Assembly (NCBI GenBank): GCA_902766965.1
Contig: CACXFJ010000047.1
Coordinates: forward strand, 3,165-67,164
Length of the DNA stretch: 64,000 bases
Origin: an uncultured Eubacteriales bacterium
GTDB lineage: Bacteria; Bacillota; Clostridia; Christensenellales; DTU072
Reading direction: 5' to 3'
The position numbers and the translations under genes were made by a program. Below, in pieces: positions 12,601-24,600 of this stretch (within the stretch, counting starts at the first letter, position 1; each line of letters begins with the position of its first letter). Below the pieces are notes generated by a model. That model was not told the DNA's origin. It saw only the letters and a list, made by a program, of their open reading frames with translations, and searched no databases.

Positions 12601-15600
12601 CTATTATAGAGTTCCTCGAATCGCTCGACTCCAAACTTTACGTCAAGATTGACCTCACCGTAAACGTTAAGAAAATTATCGACGACTTACAGGCAAAAAT
12701 AAGTATCTATACCAAAGCTCCCGAAGAAAGAGCGGAGAACGAAAGCCCCGTGCTTAGCTTCGCTTACATAAGAGGAGACGTCTACGTAGACGCCGAAGGG
12801 ATAAGCAACAGCGACAACTTCTACTTAGGCAAAGTCAAGATATCCAACCTTATGGACATAATTAAGTCGCTTACCGGTTCGGGCGCGTCCGGCGACGCGA
12901 AGAACACGTACGAGAACATCAAAGCGTACGAACAACTCTTCTCGAAAGAATCTTCTTCTTTCGCCGACGTGAGCGATAAAGTCAGCGGAACCATAAATAT
13001 TATCGGCGACGTAGTGAAAGGTCTCACCGTAGAACTCGTCAACGGCGCTATATTCGGTATCCTCAAACAGCTCGTGGGCGTGGATATGAAAGAACTTATT
13101 ACCAACGTGGAAACGATGGTGAACAGCGTCATCGACCCCTATCTCGGAATTACGATTACTCCGAGTATGACCATTCGTATCACGATAGGTCTGCCGAGCA
13201 AAGCCTATAACGTGTCGGAAAGCGTTATTGCCGTACCCAAGAGTATGGAAAACGCGATAAACAACTGGTACTCCGACAGGAAAGATTCCCTTATCTACCC
13301 CGACGACGCGTGGAACAAACTTTTCGAAGGCAGTCTTTTGTACGATTTGTACAACGTTTCCGGTTCGGTCAAAGCCGACAAGGTAAAGGAATGGATTTCT
13401 CTCGGTCTTCCCGACATAAGCGCGGTTTACGCCGAGATGCGTTTGCGTTTCTCGAAGATGAGCGACAACCAAATCTATACTCTCACCTACGACTATATGA
13501 TAGGAGAGATTTACGGCAACGATTCTCTCGCCGCCGCGTACGGATACGATTTCGCTTCCGACAAAGTAATAGACAACGTGACTAAACGCAGCGAAAAACT
13601 CTACGCTTTCTATAACGATTACTTAAAAACCGTCGCTTTCGACAGCTTCTATGCCGCTGCCGACGATACGGTAAAGAGCGTGCTTGACAGTATGCTTACC
13701 ATCTATTCGGGCAGCAAAGTAGCCGTTTACGACGCGTACGTAGTAAGTACGGAAAGCGGAGCGGACGACTTAAGAAATCTTTACGAAAAAGACGTTCATA
13801 AAGAGAAGATAGACGAAATGAAATCTTCCGTAGGTCACGAAGCGGTCGTTTATATGAACCTTATTAAAGGTATCATGAACGCGACTTTCGCTATGGAAGA
13901 CGCCTGGATATCCTACGTATCCGATCAGATTAAGTACACTTCCGGCAGCGACAAGACGAAGATTTATCTCGCTAAATACGACGAACTGTACGCTGTTCAG
14001 CGCGCGTATGCGTGGGACGCGTTCATGGCGAAAGCTATTGAGGATAAGGACTACGTCAAGGTAGCGATGATGGAAAGCGCGTTTAACTACGCCGTAGGAA
14101 AATACAAGACCGCTACCGAACAGGAACTCAAAGCCTACGCTTACGACAAGTACAGAAAAGACCTTATAGAAGACTCTACTATTTACGAAAAAGCTCTCAT
14201 AGCCGACGACGAAAGCATATTGAAGACCGTCGTTATTAACGGTATGCGTCTCTATAAGTACCGTGCGGAAAGCGAAGACATAAGTTCCGTAGGCGTGACC
14301 AAGGACGATATTACCGACATGATAGCGATAATCGAAGCGATAATCTCGGGAATTCAGTCTTACAGCGTCAAGAATACCGTTATTCTTAACGAATATCAGG
14401 AAGCGGAACTCGCGTACGATATCATATTCTCTTCTTCCGACGCTCTTAACGCAATAAGCGAACTCTTCTCCGGCAATTCCACCGAAGTGTTGAGGACGAT
14501 AAGAGGTTACGCGATAGACGCGTTGAGAAAATCCGACGTCGAAAGAATAACCAACCAGATAGTCGCCTCCCCCGACGAAACGGAATCCGACAAGACGGAA
14601 CTTCTCTCCGCCCTTATAGGTCGTTACGCCGACAGGTTTGAAAAAATACGCGGTCGGTCCGCAGAGCAACTCGCAATAGAAGACTACGCCGACGGAAAAT
14701 CTTTCCGCGCGGACGCTTGGAACAACCTAATAAGTCTCGAATATAAGAGTATCCTCCCCGAAAACGCCGTTATTCTTTCGGTGGAAAACGGAGCGAAGAA
14801 CAGCGGATACGCAATTAGCGAAGAAAACAACGGTTACGAAGTCAACCCGTCGGTTTACTTTGCGAACAATTACAACGTAAATATCGAAAACGATATGCTT
14901 AAATTAAGTCTCGTCTACGCCGAACTCAAAGCGAGAGCGAACGATAAGACTAAGTTTATCGAAGCGGAAAATTACGCCGACGACTCCGACAATATCGGCA
15001 ACGTAATCAGTATCTGCGCTAATTCGGGCTACGGCAAAGACGGATATCTCGTCGAATTTTACAGGACGGCGAGAAGACTTGCCCGTTATCTCTACCTTAC
15101 GGGAGCCACCTTATCCGCCGAAGCCGTCGAAACGGTTAAAGCGGTAGGAGCAAATAATTACGGAGTAATATCCTGCGAAGCGTATTACGACGGTTTCGCT
15201 TCCTACAAGGGAGAAAGCGCGGCTCGCTACGGCGAAATAGCCACCGCTCTCGGTATCGTGAAAGATATGTACGATACCCTTAAAGAAGAAGAAGCCAAAC
15301 TTAATAAAAGCGTAAGAAAGGATATTAACGACTCCGTTAAGTCGATAATGCCCGCTCGCGAAATCACCACCGACAATCTCGCCGAAGCAAAAACCAACGG
15401 CGAAATAGTCGACGGCAAGGGTATGCCTTTGTATCAGACTTACCTTGCGCTCGTTATGTTCAAGACTAAGTACGCGGGCGACGCGTCGATAATCGCGGCG
15501 TTCGATTACGCGGAACAATACAGTTCTCTCGGACTCAACGAGTTCGTTGCGGCCATATACGGCAGATTCGTTAAGATTTGCGTATCCGAAAATCTTAAAA

Positions 15601-18600
15601 AAGAACTCGAACAGACGATTACCGCCTTTAACGGCGGAAACTATTCCGCCCTTACCGCCGAAGCGTGGAAAGCCTTTAATTTCGACGGCGACGTCTATGA
15701 CAACGATCGCAACGTGGTCGAAATCAAGGAAAGAGTGGCGTTTATAAGTAAGTTGTTCGATAGAATAACCGACGAAGAGTACGCTAAACGTTCGGCGTGG
15801 GGAGCGTGGTACAGACTGTCGTCCACCGCCGCGAGAATAGAGGAAATGGACAATATGCTCAGAGCGAAAGTGTTCGAAGAGCTTTATCCGTCCATAAAGA
15901 ACCTGCTTACCGAAATAATCGTCGGCAACGCAAATACCGTAATCAAAGACGGTATGAGCGTAATAGGAGTAAGCGCGAAGACTTACGAAACGGTCAACAT
16001 TATCTCCTATAACGAATACTTCGAAAACCTGAAACGCGAAACCGAAGCGCTGTACGCTACCCTTAAAAACTACGACAAGGAATTGACCGCCGCGTCTGTC
16101 GCCGCCGAAAACGAACTTACGATAGAATTCGAAAGTTCCGCTACCGACGTGCAGAAAGCGTCGATTATGAAGAAAGTTTACGACGAAATCGCCGCAAACT
16201 CTTCCGCATACGCCGCAAGCGTAGCGGTAACGTGGGCGGAAAGTTACGTTGAGGCGCGCAAAGCGTTAATAAACGTTGACAGACAGCAGTACAGCAATCT
16301 TATGTACGACAGACTGCCCGACGCCGACAAGAACAAATATATATCCGATATATTCGCCGTCTTTAACGCCGCGGTAGAGTTGACGATAAACAAGTACGCC
16401 AACGTGACGGAAACCGTTCTTCTCGGCGACGCGAAGACGAACTTCAATAGTCTTATAGAAGAATACGTCAGCGCTCATGTGTCCGACGTGGAGAGCGCAA
16501 GAAGTACTTACGAGTACGAAATAAACTATATCAAAGCGTGGAACAAGTACTTCGCCATTGCGGAAAACGCGGGCAAAACGAAGGAAGACTTCGAAAACGA
16601 TATGAGCGCGTTGGACGGCGGAATAGAAGAATATCTCGGTTCCGAATACACGAACGTACCTTATACCGTGCCTACCTATCCTGCCGACGCGTCGACAGCC
16701 ACCACGATAAAAGGCTTGAAGACGTTGTGGGACAGCGCGGTAGCCGCCGACAAACAGATAAGAAAAGACGCGTTGAAATTCAAGTACGACACTTACGCTT
16801 ATAATAATGACGCAGGAATTACCCTCGCCGAATACAACGCGGGTATAAAAGCCGTCGATAACGAGAACTATTCCGAAAGGAACTACGTCATGTACGCGTA
16901 TCTTAACAGATACGGCGATCTCGTGAGAAAACCGGGAGAAACGGAATACGGTTTCTACAACAGAAAGATAGTAGGTTTGAGAGTGTTGGAAAACGACGCC
17001 AAAATTAACGAGTCGTCGAGAACCGTCATTATAGAAAACTCCGGCGAATATCGCACGGCGGCGCTCGCGTGGGAAAACCTGTTCAAGGATAACGAGACCT
17101 CTATCGACAGAAAGACGCTTCTTACGGCGGTATATAATTTCTGTCTCGACGAATGGTACTCTTCCGACGCTACTCTCGTCGGGTACAGGAACGATATTTA
17201 CTCGGTATACTACGATACCGCGATTAAGGTGTTCGACGCTCTCTTCGCGGCAGGTCATATCACTTCGCTCTTCGGCGGAACCGACGCAAAAGTCGAATAC
17301 AACGACTATATGGCGAAGTTCGACGAATTGAAGGCGGCTGTTTCGGCGCTCGGCTCCTCTGCGGAGCAGACAGACAAAGACACCGTCGGTCTGTACGAAA
17401 AGAACAGGACGGATGTCTTGCTCACGCCCACTGCCAAGAATAAGGCTATCCTTATAGAGAAGATATACGAGTCCTACGTTGCGGGCAGACTTTCCGCAGG
17501 CGTGGTATCCGATTTCGACTCCGTGCTTACCGGATACGGAGCGGCGTTTGAAAATAAGGTTTACGAAACAGCTTACGAATACTTCACCGTACATATCTAT
17601 TCGGAACGTAACGGCGTAATTTACGACGAATTCAGGACGAAGATAGCGGCGTTGTACGACGAATACGTTACCGTAGCGATAGCGTTGCTCAAACAGATTT
17701 ACTTTGAAATCACCGGTTCGGAACTGAACGTAAACACGATTACCGCCGCGGCAAGCGCTTTCAGCGGGTTCGTAATCCCCGGCGAATATTCGAGGTTCGT
17801 CGCGTTCGTTAACGTGTTCGCAGACGAAACGGCTAAATTTACCGAGGGCGGAGTTTTGAGCAAAGACGGCAAGCTGAAGACGCTCGCCACCGTCGTTAAA
17901 GAAAACGGCGCTTTGTCGGGCAACGACGCCGTCGTGAACAAGATGACGGAGATAAGAAAAGCGTTCGTCACGTTCGTAAGAGACAATTACGTAAACTTCG
18001 GCGCGACCGAAAATATGTTCGTAACGCTCTCTAAGTATTACGAAAGTTTCGCTGCTCTTTCCAAAGAATATTCCGCTCTGTTCACCACTGCGGAAACCGC
18101 CGCTAAACGCGCCGAAACGAAGAACCTTATTGCAGGTTACGGATACGACGTAAGCGGAGCAAGCGACGCTTATATAGATATGCTCAGCGTAGTGTTTATG
18201 GCGGGCAGCGGCAATATAGGCGGCATTAACAGAATTTACAGACAGAAGTTCGACAGCTACGCCAAGGACGTGAACAGCGCGGTATACCTTACCATTACCG
18301 AAGTTGCTTTCAGAAACGCGCTCGCGGCAAACTACGACGACATAGCCGCCGCGATAAAGGCTAACGACCCGCTCCTTAAACCTTTCGTGGAAGGACAGGG
18401 AATAGACTCGACTTCTACCGCGCAGGAAAAAGCTCTCGCCCTTATCGCTCTCAGCGACGAAATAGAGAGTTATCTCGCGTCGGGCAAGACGTTAAGCGAA
18501 GTAACGTCGGCTAAGTACGCGGAAACGAGAAGCGCTGTATTAAGCCTTACCGAACCCGAAAAATACCTTACTTCCGCCATTTGGAACAAGTATTATTCCT

Positions 18601-21600
18601 TTAACGCAAGCGAAAAAATAAAGAACGCGCTTGCCCTTAAAGAAACTCTCGCCGCGGGCAGCGTCGGCGACGTCACCGATTACCTTACTTTCGTCGAAAT
18701 GAGCGATATACTTAAGGAATATCTTTCCTACAAGCAGTCGCAGGCGATAGTGGATCTCGTAGCGACGCTCGAAGACAGCTTCACCATAACGAAGAGTTTC
18801 GATCAGATATACAAGAACGCGTTGAAATCCGCCGAAGCGTTGGCTGACTTTACGTTGTCCTTAGGTATCTCGGGTAAGGATACGAGCATACTCTTCGACA
18901 TAAAGAGATATCAAGAAGACGAAACGGGCACGAGCGTATCCCTTATTAAAGACGTTCTTACCGACGAAGAAAAAGCGGAATACACCGAATACTCCGAGCT
19001 TACTTTGAGAGTAAACGTCAACGCTTCTCTCGGAATAAACTTCGACGAAGGTCGTCTCGACATCAACCCGCTCCTCAACCTCATCAACCTGCCCATTAAA
19101 CTTAGCGAACTCGATATAGACTTCCTTGCGGAACATACCCTGTACGCTACGATAGTAGGACAGCTCGGTATTAACTTCGAAGCGTTGCTTTCGGGCGACA
19201 AAGACAGAATTAACAGTTCCATAGTGGGAGAACTCGCTCTTACCTATTACCTCATCGACCACGACACCAACGGCGAAAATACGAGATTCGAGCAAGTTCT
19301 TATGCATATATGGCTCTACGGTCCGAATATCTACGCGCAGGTAGAACTCTTCGACAGCCACGTCAGCGCGAAGATACCTTTCGCTCTCGGCGAAAAGATT
19401 ATGAGTAAGGTAAAGCCGTCGAGCGGAGAAGAAGGGGGCGAAAACAACGGCAACGCCTCTTCCGCCGCCGTGATAAAGGCTTTGAACACGGCTGTGATGA
19501 GCGCTTATCACGGAGTGAGCCGTGAAGAAGCGGAAAATATGCTTAACCCCTTCGAACAGCTCTATTCCGTCGTCAACAACGCCGACAGCAGCCTTACGGA
19601 CGTACTCGAAGTATTGCTGAGAATAGGCACGAAAGAGACCGCGCTTCTCCTTACCGTCGATATTTTGGCGGAACTCGTCAAAGTCATCTTCAAGGAAGAA
19701 ACGTTGAGCAGCGACCTCGAAGACCTCGTCAATCTCGCCTTTACCGAAGGAAAACTCGCCATAGAATACGGCGACGACTTCGGTTTGAGTTTCAGCATAA
19801 GAAAGAACGCCGAAGAAGGCAGCGACAAGATAGGTTACGACGCGGAGCTCGCGTTGTTAAGGAACACCGTCGTAAGTCTCGACAGAGCCAAGTACGACAG
19901 TCTCTACGGCTCGATAGACGAACTTTACAAAAACGGTTTCTTCGAAGACTTCTTTGCCCTCGGACTTAACGTAGACACTTCCGCTACCCTTAACGAAATA
20001 CTCGCTTCGATAATCGGCGCGCGTACTACGGTAAGTTTCAGCATCTACCTTGAAAGCAACGTCCTTAAATCCATATTAGACTGGAGCGACTTGTTCAGCG
20101 TTCAGGAAATAGAAACCTTCTTCCAGCTCAAAATATTGAAGAACGCAAACGGAAGAATTCGTCTCGACATAGGTCTCGACATCGACCTTGAAAAGACGGC
20201 GTTCGACTTCTACATAAGCGGTTATAACGGCGACAACACCAACATATTCAATATCTACTTCGTCGGCGGACTTCTTAACCACGACGGAGAAGGCACGGGA
20301 ACTCTCGATCCGAAGATTTACGTCGACTGCGGAGACGGTTTGCACGACAAACTGTTACTTACTCCGCAAATGGGTTACAACCTGTTTAACATTAACCTCG
20401 TCAACATATTCTTCTATCTTATGAACAGCGATTCCCGCTATGAAATAGATATGAGTAACGCCGCCGATTTACGCAACGCGCCTTCCTTCGACGCCCTTAT
20501 AGACGATATGGACTGGAGCGACGTCATAGAAGGTCTTACTTTCGGTAAAGGCACGGTAGGTATAAGACTTGCTACCACGATAGTAAACGCATTCTTGCAG
20601 GCTCTGTTCGGATTCGAATTCGCAGAACTCGGCAACATCAAGCTGAAACTCGACAACGTAAACAATACGCTGTTCCTGACGATTCCGCTCGACGCGCCCG
20701 TCTACGACGAGAACGGCAACGTGGTCAACACGTCGAAAATTGACTTCGGATTCGGCTTGTCGGATATAAACGTAAGGCTCGGGCAGAGAGAAAACTTCTT
20801 CGGCGAAAACATTTCCGATAAATTCTCGACGGGATACGAACCTTTGGATAACTACGTTTGGGTTACCGAAGTCAACAGTTCGTTCCACATAAACGACGAT
20901 TTCAACACGGCTCTCGACCTTTCGGGACTTACCGCGTCGCTTATCAACGGTCTCGGGTTTAACATTAAGAGCGGCGACGCTCTCGACGTCGAGATACTGT
21001 TCGCGTTGCGTACCTACATAGACTTCTCGGATATAAGTAAATTAAGATTCGAGCTGGAAGTGTCTCACGGCGACGGAAACGGCTCCGTAGTTCAGAGAAT
21101 ACTCTCCGTAAAATACGTAGGCACGGAAGACGGCGGCACGGTCTACCTCGACTTGTCGGGACTCGGTTTGCCGAAGATTTCGTTAAGCAACGTAAACTTA
21201 GGAAAACTCGTAAAGGATATTCTTAAAAAGATAGAAACGGGATTGAGTAACGACGAAAAGGAGATCACGCCCAAACAGGCAGACGGCACCGTCGGCAACG
21301 ATATTACCGACGCGGAAAAACGCGCGCAGAGATACCGCGATATAGCGGATATGGAATTCGGTCAGAATATGCTTATGCTTATCTACTCCGACGAGGAAGC
21401 GAGCATAGCAATAACCGGCGCGTTACTCCTTACTTTGGTAGGAAACCTTAACGACGTTCTCGGCGGAATTCTTCCCGACGTATTGCTCAATATACCTACG
21501 TTCAGCTACGTCAAGATAGGTCGCGACGACGCCGATAAGGTAAACGGTATTCAATTAGTGCTGGACGAGAACAAACAGTTCTCCATTCGTTACAACTTCG

Positions 21601-24600
21601 ATAAGAGTTACTCTCACTTGAAGCCGAGGGCGAAACTCGACGAAGTGACCGATATGACTATCGTCAGCGACGCAGACAAGGACGAATACACTTCGATAGA
21701 TAAGTTAAAGAATATGCATATAGGTCTTAATCTCGACCTCACCTTGCAGACCAAGAATCCGGGTTCGGGCGAAAAGAGCGACGTTATTTCCGGGTTCGAA
21801 GATATGCTCGAAAAGATACTCGGACTCCAAGCCGACACCATACTGTTCGACTTGCAGGATACCACGATGACGTTCAGCATAGGACTCGATTTAGGCATCG
21901 ACCTTACCGATTTCGCCAAGTCGGTATTGAAGTTGGAAATAACCTATAACGACGAAGTCATGATAGGTCTTTATTACATCGACGGAGTGGTTTACGCCGA
22001 CTTAGGCACGCTCGGACTATTCAGAGCAAGCATAAGCGGTATCGACCTTGCGGCGATGATTATGAGCATGCTTTCGGGGACCGATTTCGAAGCGATGATT
22101 ACCACCGACGGAATAGACGTCGCGGGACTCGTCGGCGGAATACTCGACGCGGAAAAACTCAACGAGGGCGTCAAGGGCAGTACCGTCAAGTCGAGCACCT
22201 TTATAAAACCCGAAACGAAAGGTTCGGCTTTGACCGATTTCGATTCCGCTATGCAGAAAGTGGCTTCCGGCACTCTTAACAGCGGATATACGACTAAACA
22301 AATAGGCGTAATAGCCGGCGCTATGACCGACAATAAGATTAAGACTTTGTCGGGGCTTACGGCGGAACAGAACAGGGCTCTGTACGATTATGTTTTGGGC
22401 GGAAAGAGCATTGCGGAATTTATAATAAGCTCCGCCGCCACCGACTATCTCTACTACGGAGAAAAGACGAGAGTAGCCAATGCGATAAGCGCGCTTATCA
22501 CCTCCGCGCAGAGTACCCTTAAGGGTATGACCTCGGCGCAGGTATCCGACGCCATAGCCGACAGCACGGCTTCGGGCAAGACCTATAAAGGTTTCGGCGT
22601 AAAACAATTGAAGTTTATTTACGACGTTCTCGAAGAAGAAAAACTTGCGAGCGTCGACAAGATGAGCGCTTCTCTCAAATCGAAGATAGCTTCCGACTAC
22701 GCAGAGAAGAAAGCCGACGTGATAAACGAAGTTCTGTTCGCCACCGAAAAAGATATGGTAAAAGCGGTGGAAGACTTTGTCGCGAACATGGTCAAGTCTT
22801 TCGAGGGAGCCACCTCCGACATACTCAAAGCCGTCGCGAGCGGAATGACGGCTTCGGGACTCGACTTCCTCGAAATGAAAGGAAGTCACTACGACGCCGA
22901 GGGCAATTCCGAATCCAACGTGACCGCAAGGAAGAGAGCTTTCGTCGAAAAGACGGTAGATTCCTACTCCGCCGACTACGTCAACGTGAAGTACGGTATC
23001 ACCGATTCCGAAAAAGAACAGTTGAAGGCAAAGACTCTCGCGCATTTCGGTATCTATAATAAGAGCGGCTCGTCCGTAAGCGGCACCACCGGCAACAACG
23101 TGGTCGGAAAACCCGTCGTGAACCTCATTCTCACCAACACCGAAATAAAGATAAATCCGAACGCGGCTACCCTCGGACTGATAGTCGGTATGCTTATGCC
23201 CGGAAAGAACCTTTCCGTACCCGACTTTAAGCGTATGGAACTCGTTCTTAACACCTACGACGGATTGAGCAATATCAACTTCAATTTAGCGTTAGACTCG
23301 TACGGTAACAAGGTAGCCTTATCCGTACCTACGGGCGGACTTACCTTTGCCTTTAACGAAGGCGTGGGAGAACTCGCCGGCGGCAAGGACAAACCCTTTA
23401 CCGAAATGTTCGACTTGCCCGACGTATCCTCTTACGGCGGATTGACGGGCGTAAGCCTTAACGGCGGCGGACTTAATCTTAATACCACCGCTCTCGTAAA
23501 CAGTCTCTTGGACGGTATATTCATAGACGACCTTACTATCTATCTCGAACACAGAACCGATTACTGGTCGAGAAAAGATTTGTTCGCGAAATACCCGAAA
23601 GTAGACGCGACCGGTCCGTTCACCTACGCCGATAACGACGACGGATATTTGGGTAACGACGCCGCCGCTTTGAGCGGAATAATGAAAGTTCTCAATGTCA
23701 TCAATAAGATTTACAATCTCATCAACGTCAAGAAGTGGTATCAGTACTTTACCGGCGGAAAAGGATTGTTCGACGCCGTCACCAACACGAAGAACAAACC
23801 CGTATTCACCCGTAACCAGTACGCGAGAGGAAAACTTTTGGCGTACAAGTCGGTCACGAACGTAATCAACGCCGATATATCCACCCCGTCTTACAAACAG
23901 GGCAACATAAGCGCGCATATCGACCATCATCAGATTTTCGTGTCGATAGGTATGTCGCTTACCATTAAGATTTATATAACCCTCGATTTGAGTTCTTTCC
24001 TTAACGGAAGTAACGAGGGCGTGGAAAGTAAGGGTCTTAACCTGTCCAACATTATGGGTATGGTACTCTTCCCCGACAGTATGTTCGCGTCGGAGAACGC
24101 CGCTAACGGCACCGGCAGATTCTACGGCAGAGTCACCGACACCGACGGCAACCCCGTAAAAGAAGCCACCGTAACGATAAGTAACGGCACCGGCGATTAC
24201 CAGACCAGAACCACCGACGCCGACGGATATTATTACTTCTTAAATCTCCCCGTCACCGAGCATATTTACGGCGAGTACAATATCTACAAACTGGAAAAAT
24301 GGCTCAAAGAAAACGGATTCTATAACGAGAGTACCAAGACGTACACGAAAGAAGAAATAAACTACGACGGCAAGGATTATCGCCTTATCGACGGCGTGTA
24401 CTATAATCTCGGCGACAGAACCGCTATAAGCGTGTCGAAAGACGGCTGTTCTGCCTTCTACGAAAGAGATATCTTCGTCCTGCCGAAAGAAACCAACACC
24501 GCGATAAAACGCGACGTGGTACTCGTAGACGCGGCAAAGACGGGCGAAGTACCCAAGGACGTGACCTTCAAAGGCAAGTCTTATTACAAAGACGGAGAAA

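Larger units (their letters stand above)
1068..24000 (+). other. Array of about 15 diverged protein modules (about 270-420 aa core each) inside the giant ORF
   Basis: A recurrent anchor motif x[LV]Y[VIL]D... is found at about nt 1068, 2075, 3001, 4251, 6398, 7595, 8565, 10961, 11966, 12772, 19322, 20310, 21135, 21984 and 23967. A recurrent amphipathic motif xVxLxxxAIxxLLxxLGxD is found at about nt 2388, 3403, 5477, 6684, 7831, 9035, 11253, 12153, 13023, 19641, 20556, 21398 and 23139. The two motifs always occur in the same order. Confidence 0.7.

Noticed and set aside
16266-17594. Long antisense ORFs opposite the real genes, for example 16266-17594 (442 aa), 3477-4478, 22017-23045, 29196-30032, 43815-44768, 45747-46739, 49779-50720, 51291-52298, 54145-55434 and 57624-58946.
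   Set aside because: All lie fully inside strongly supported sense-strand genes. Their translations are low-complexity (rich in R, V, F, Y, G) with no recognisable motif, no SD and no sensible neighbours. They are shadow ORFs of the kind expected opposite genes with this codon bias.
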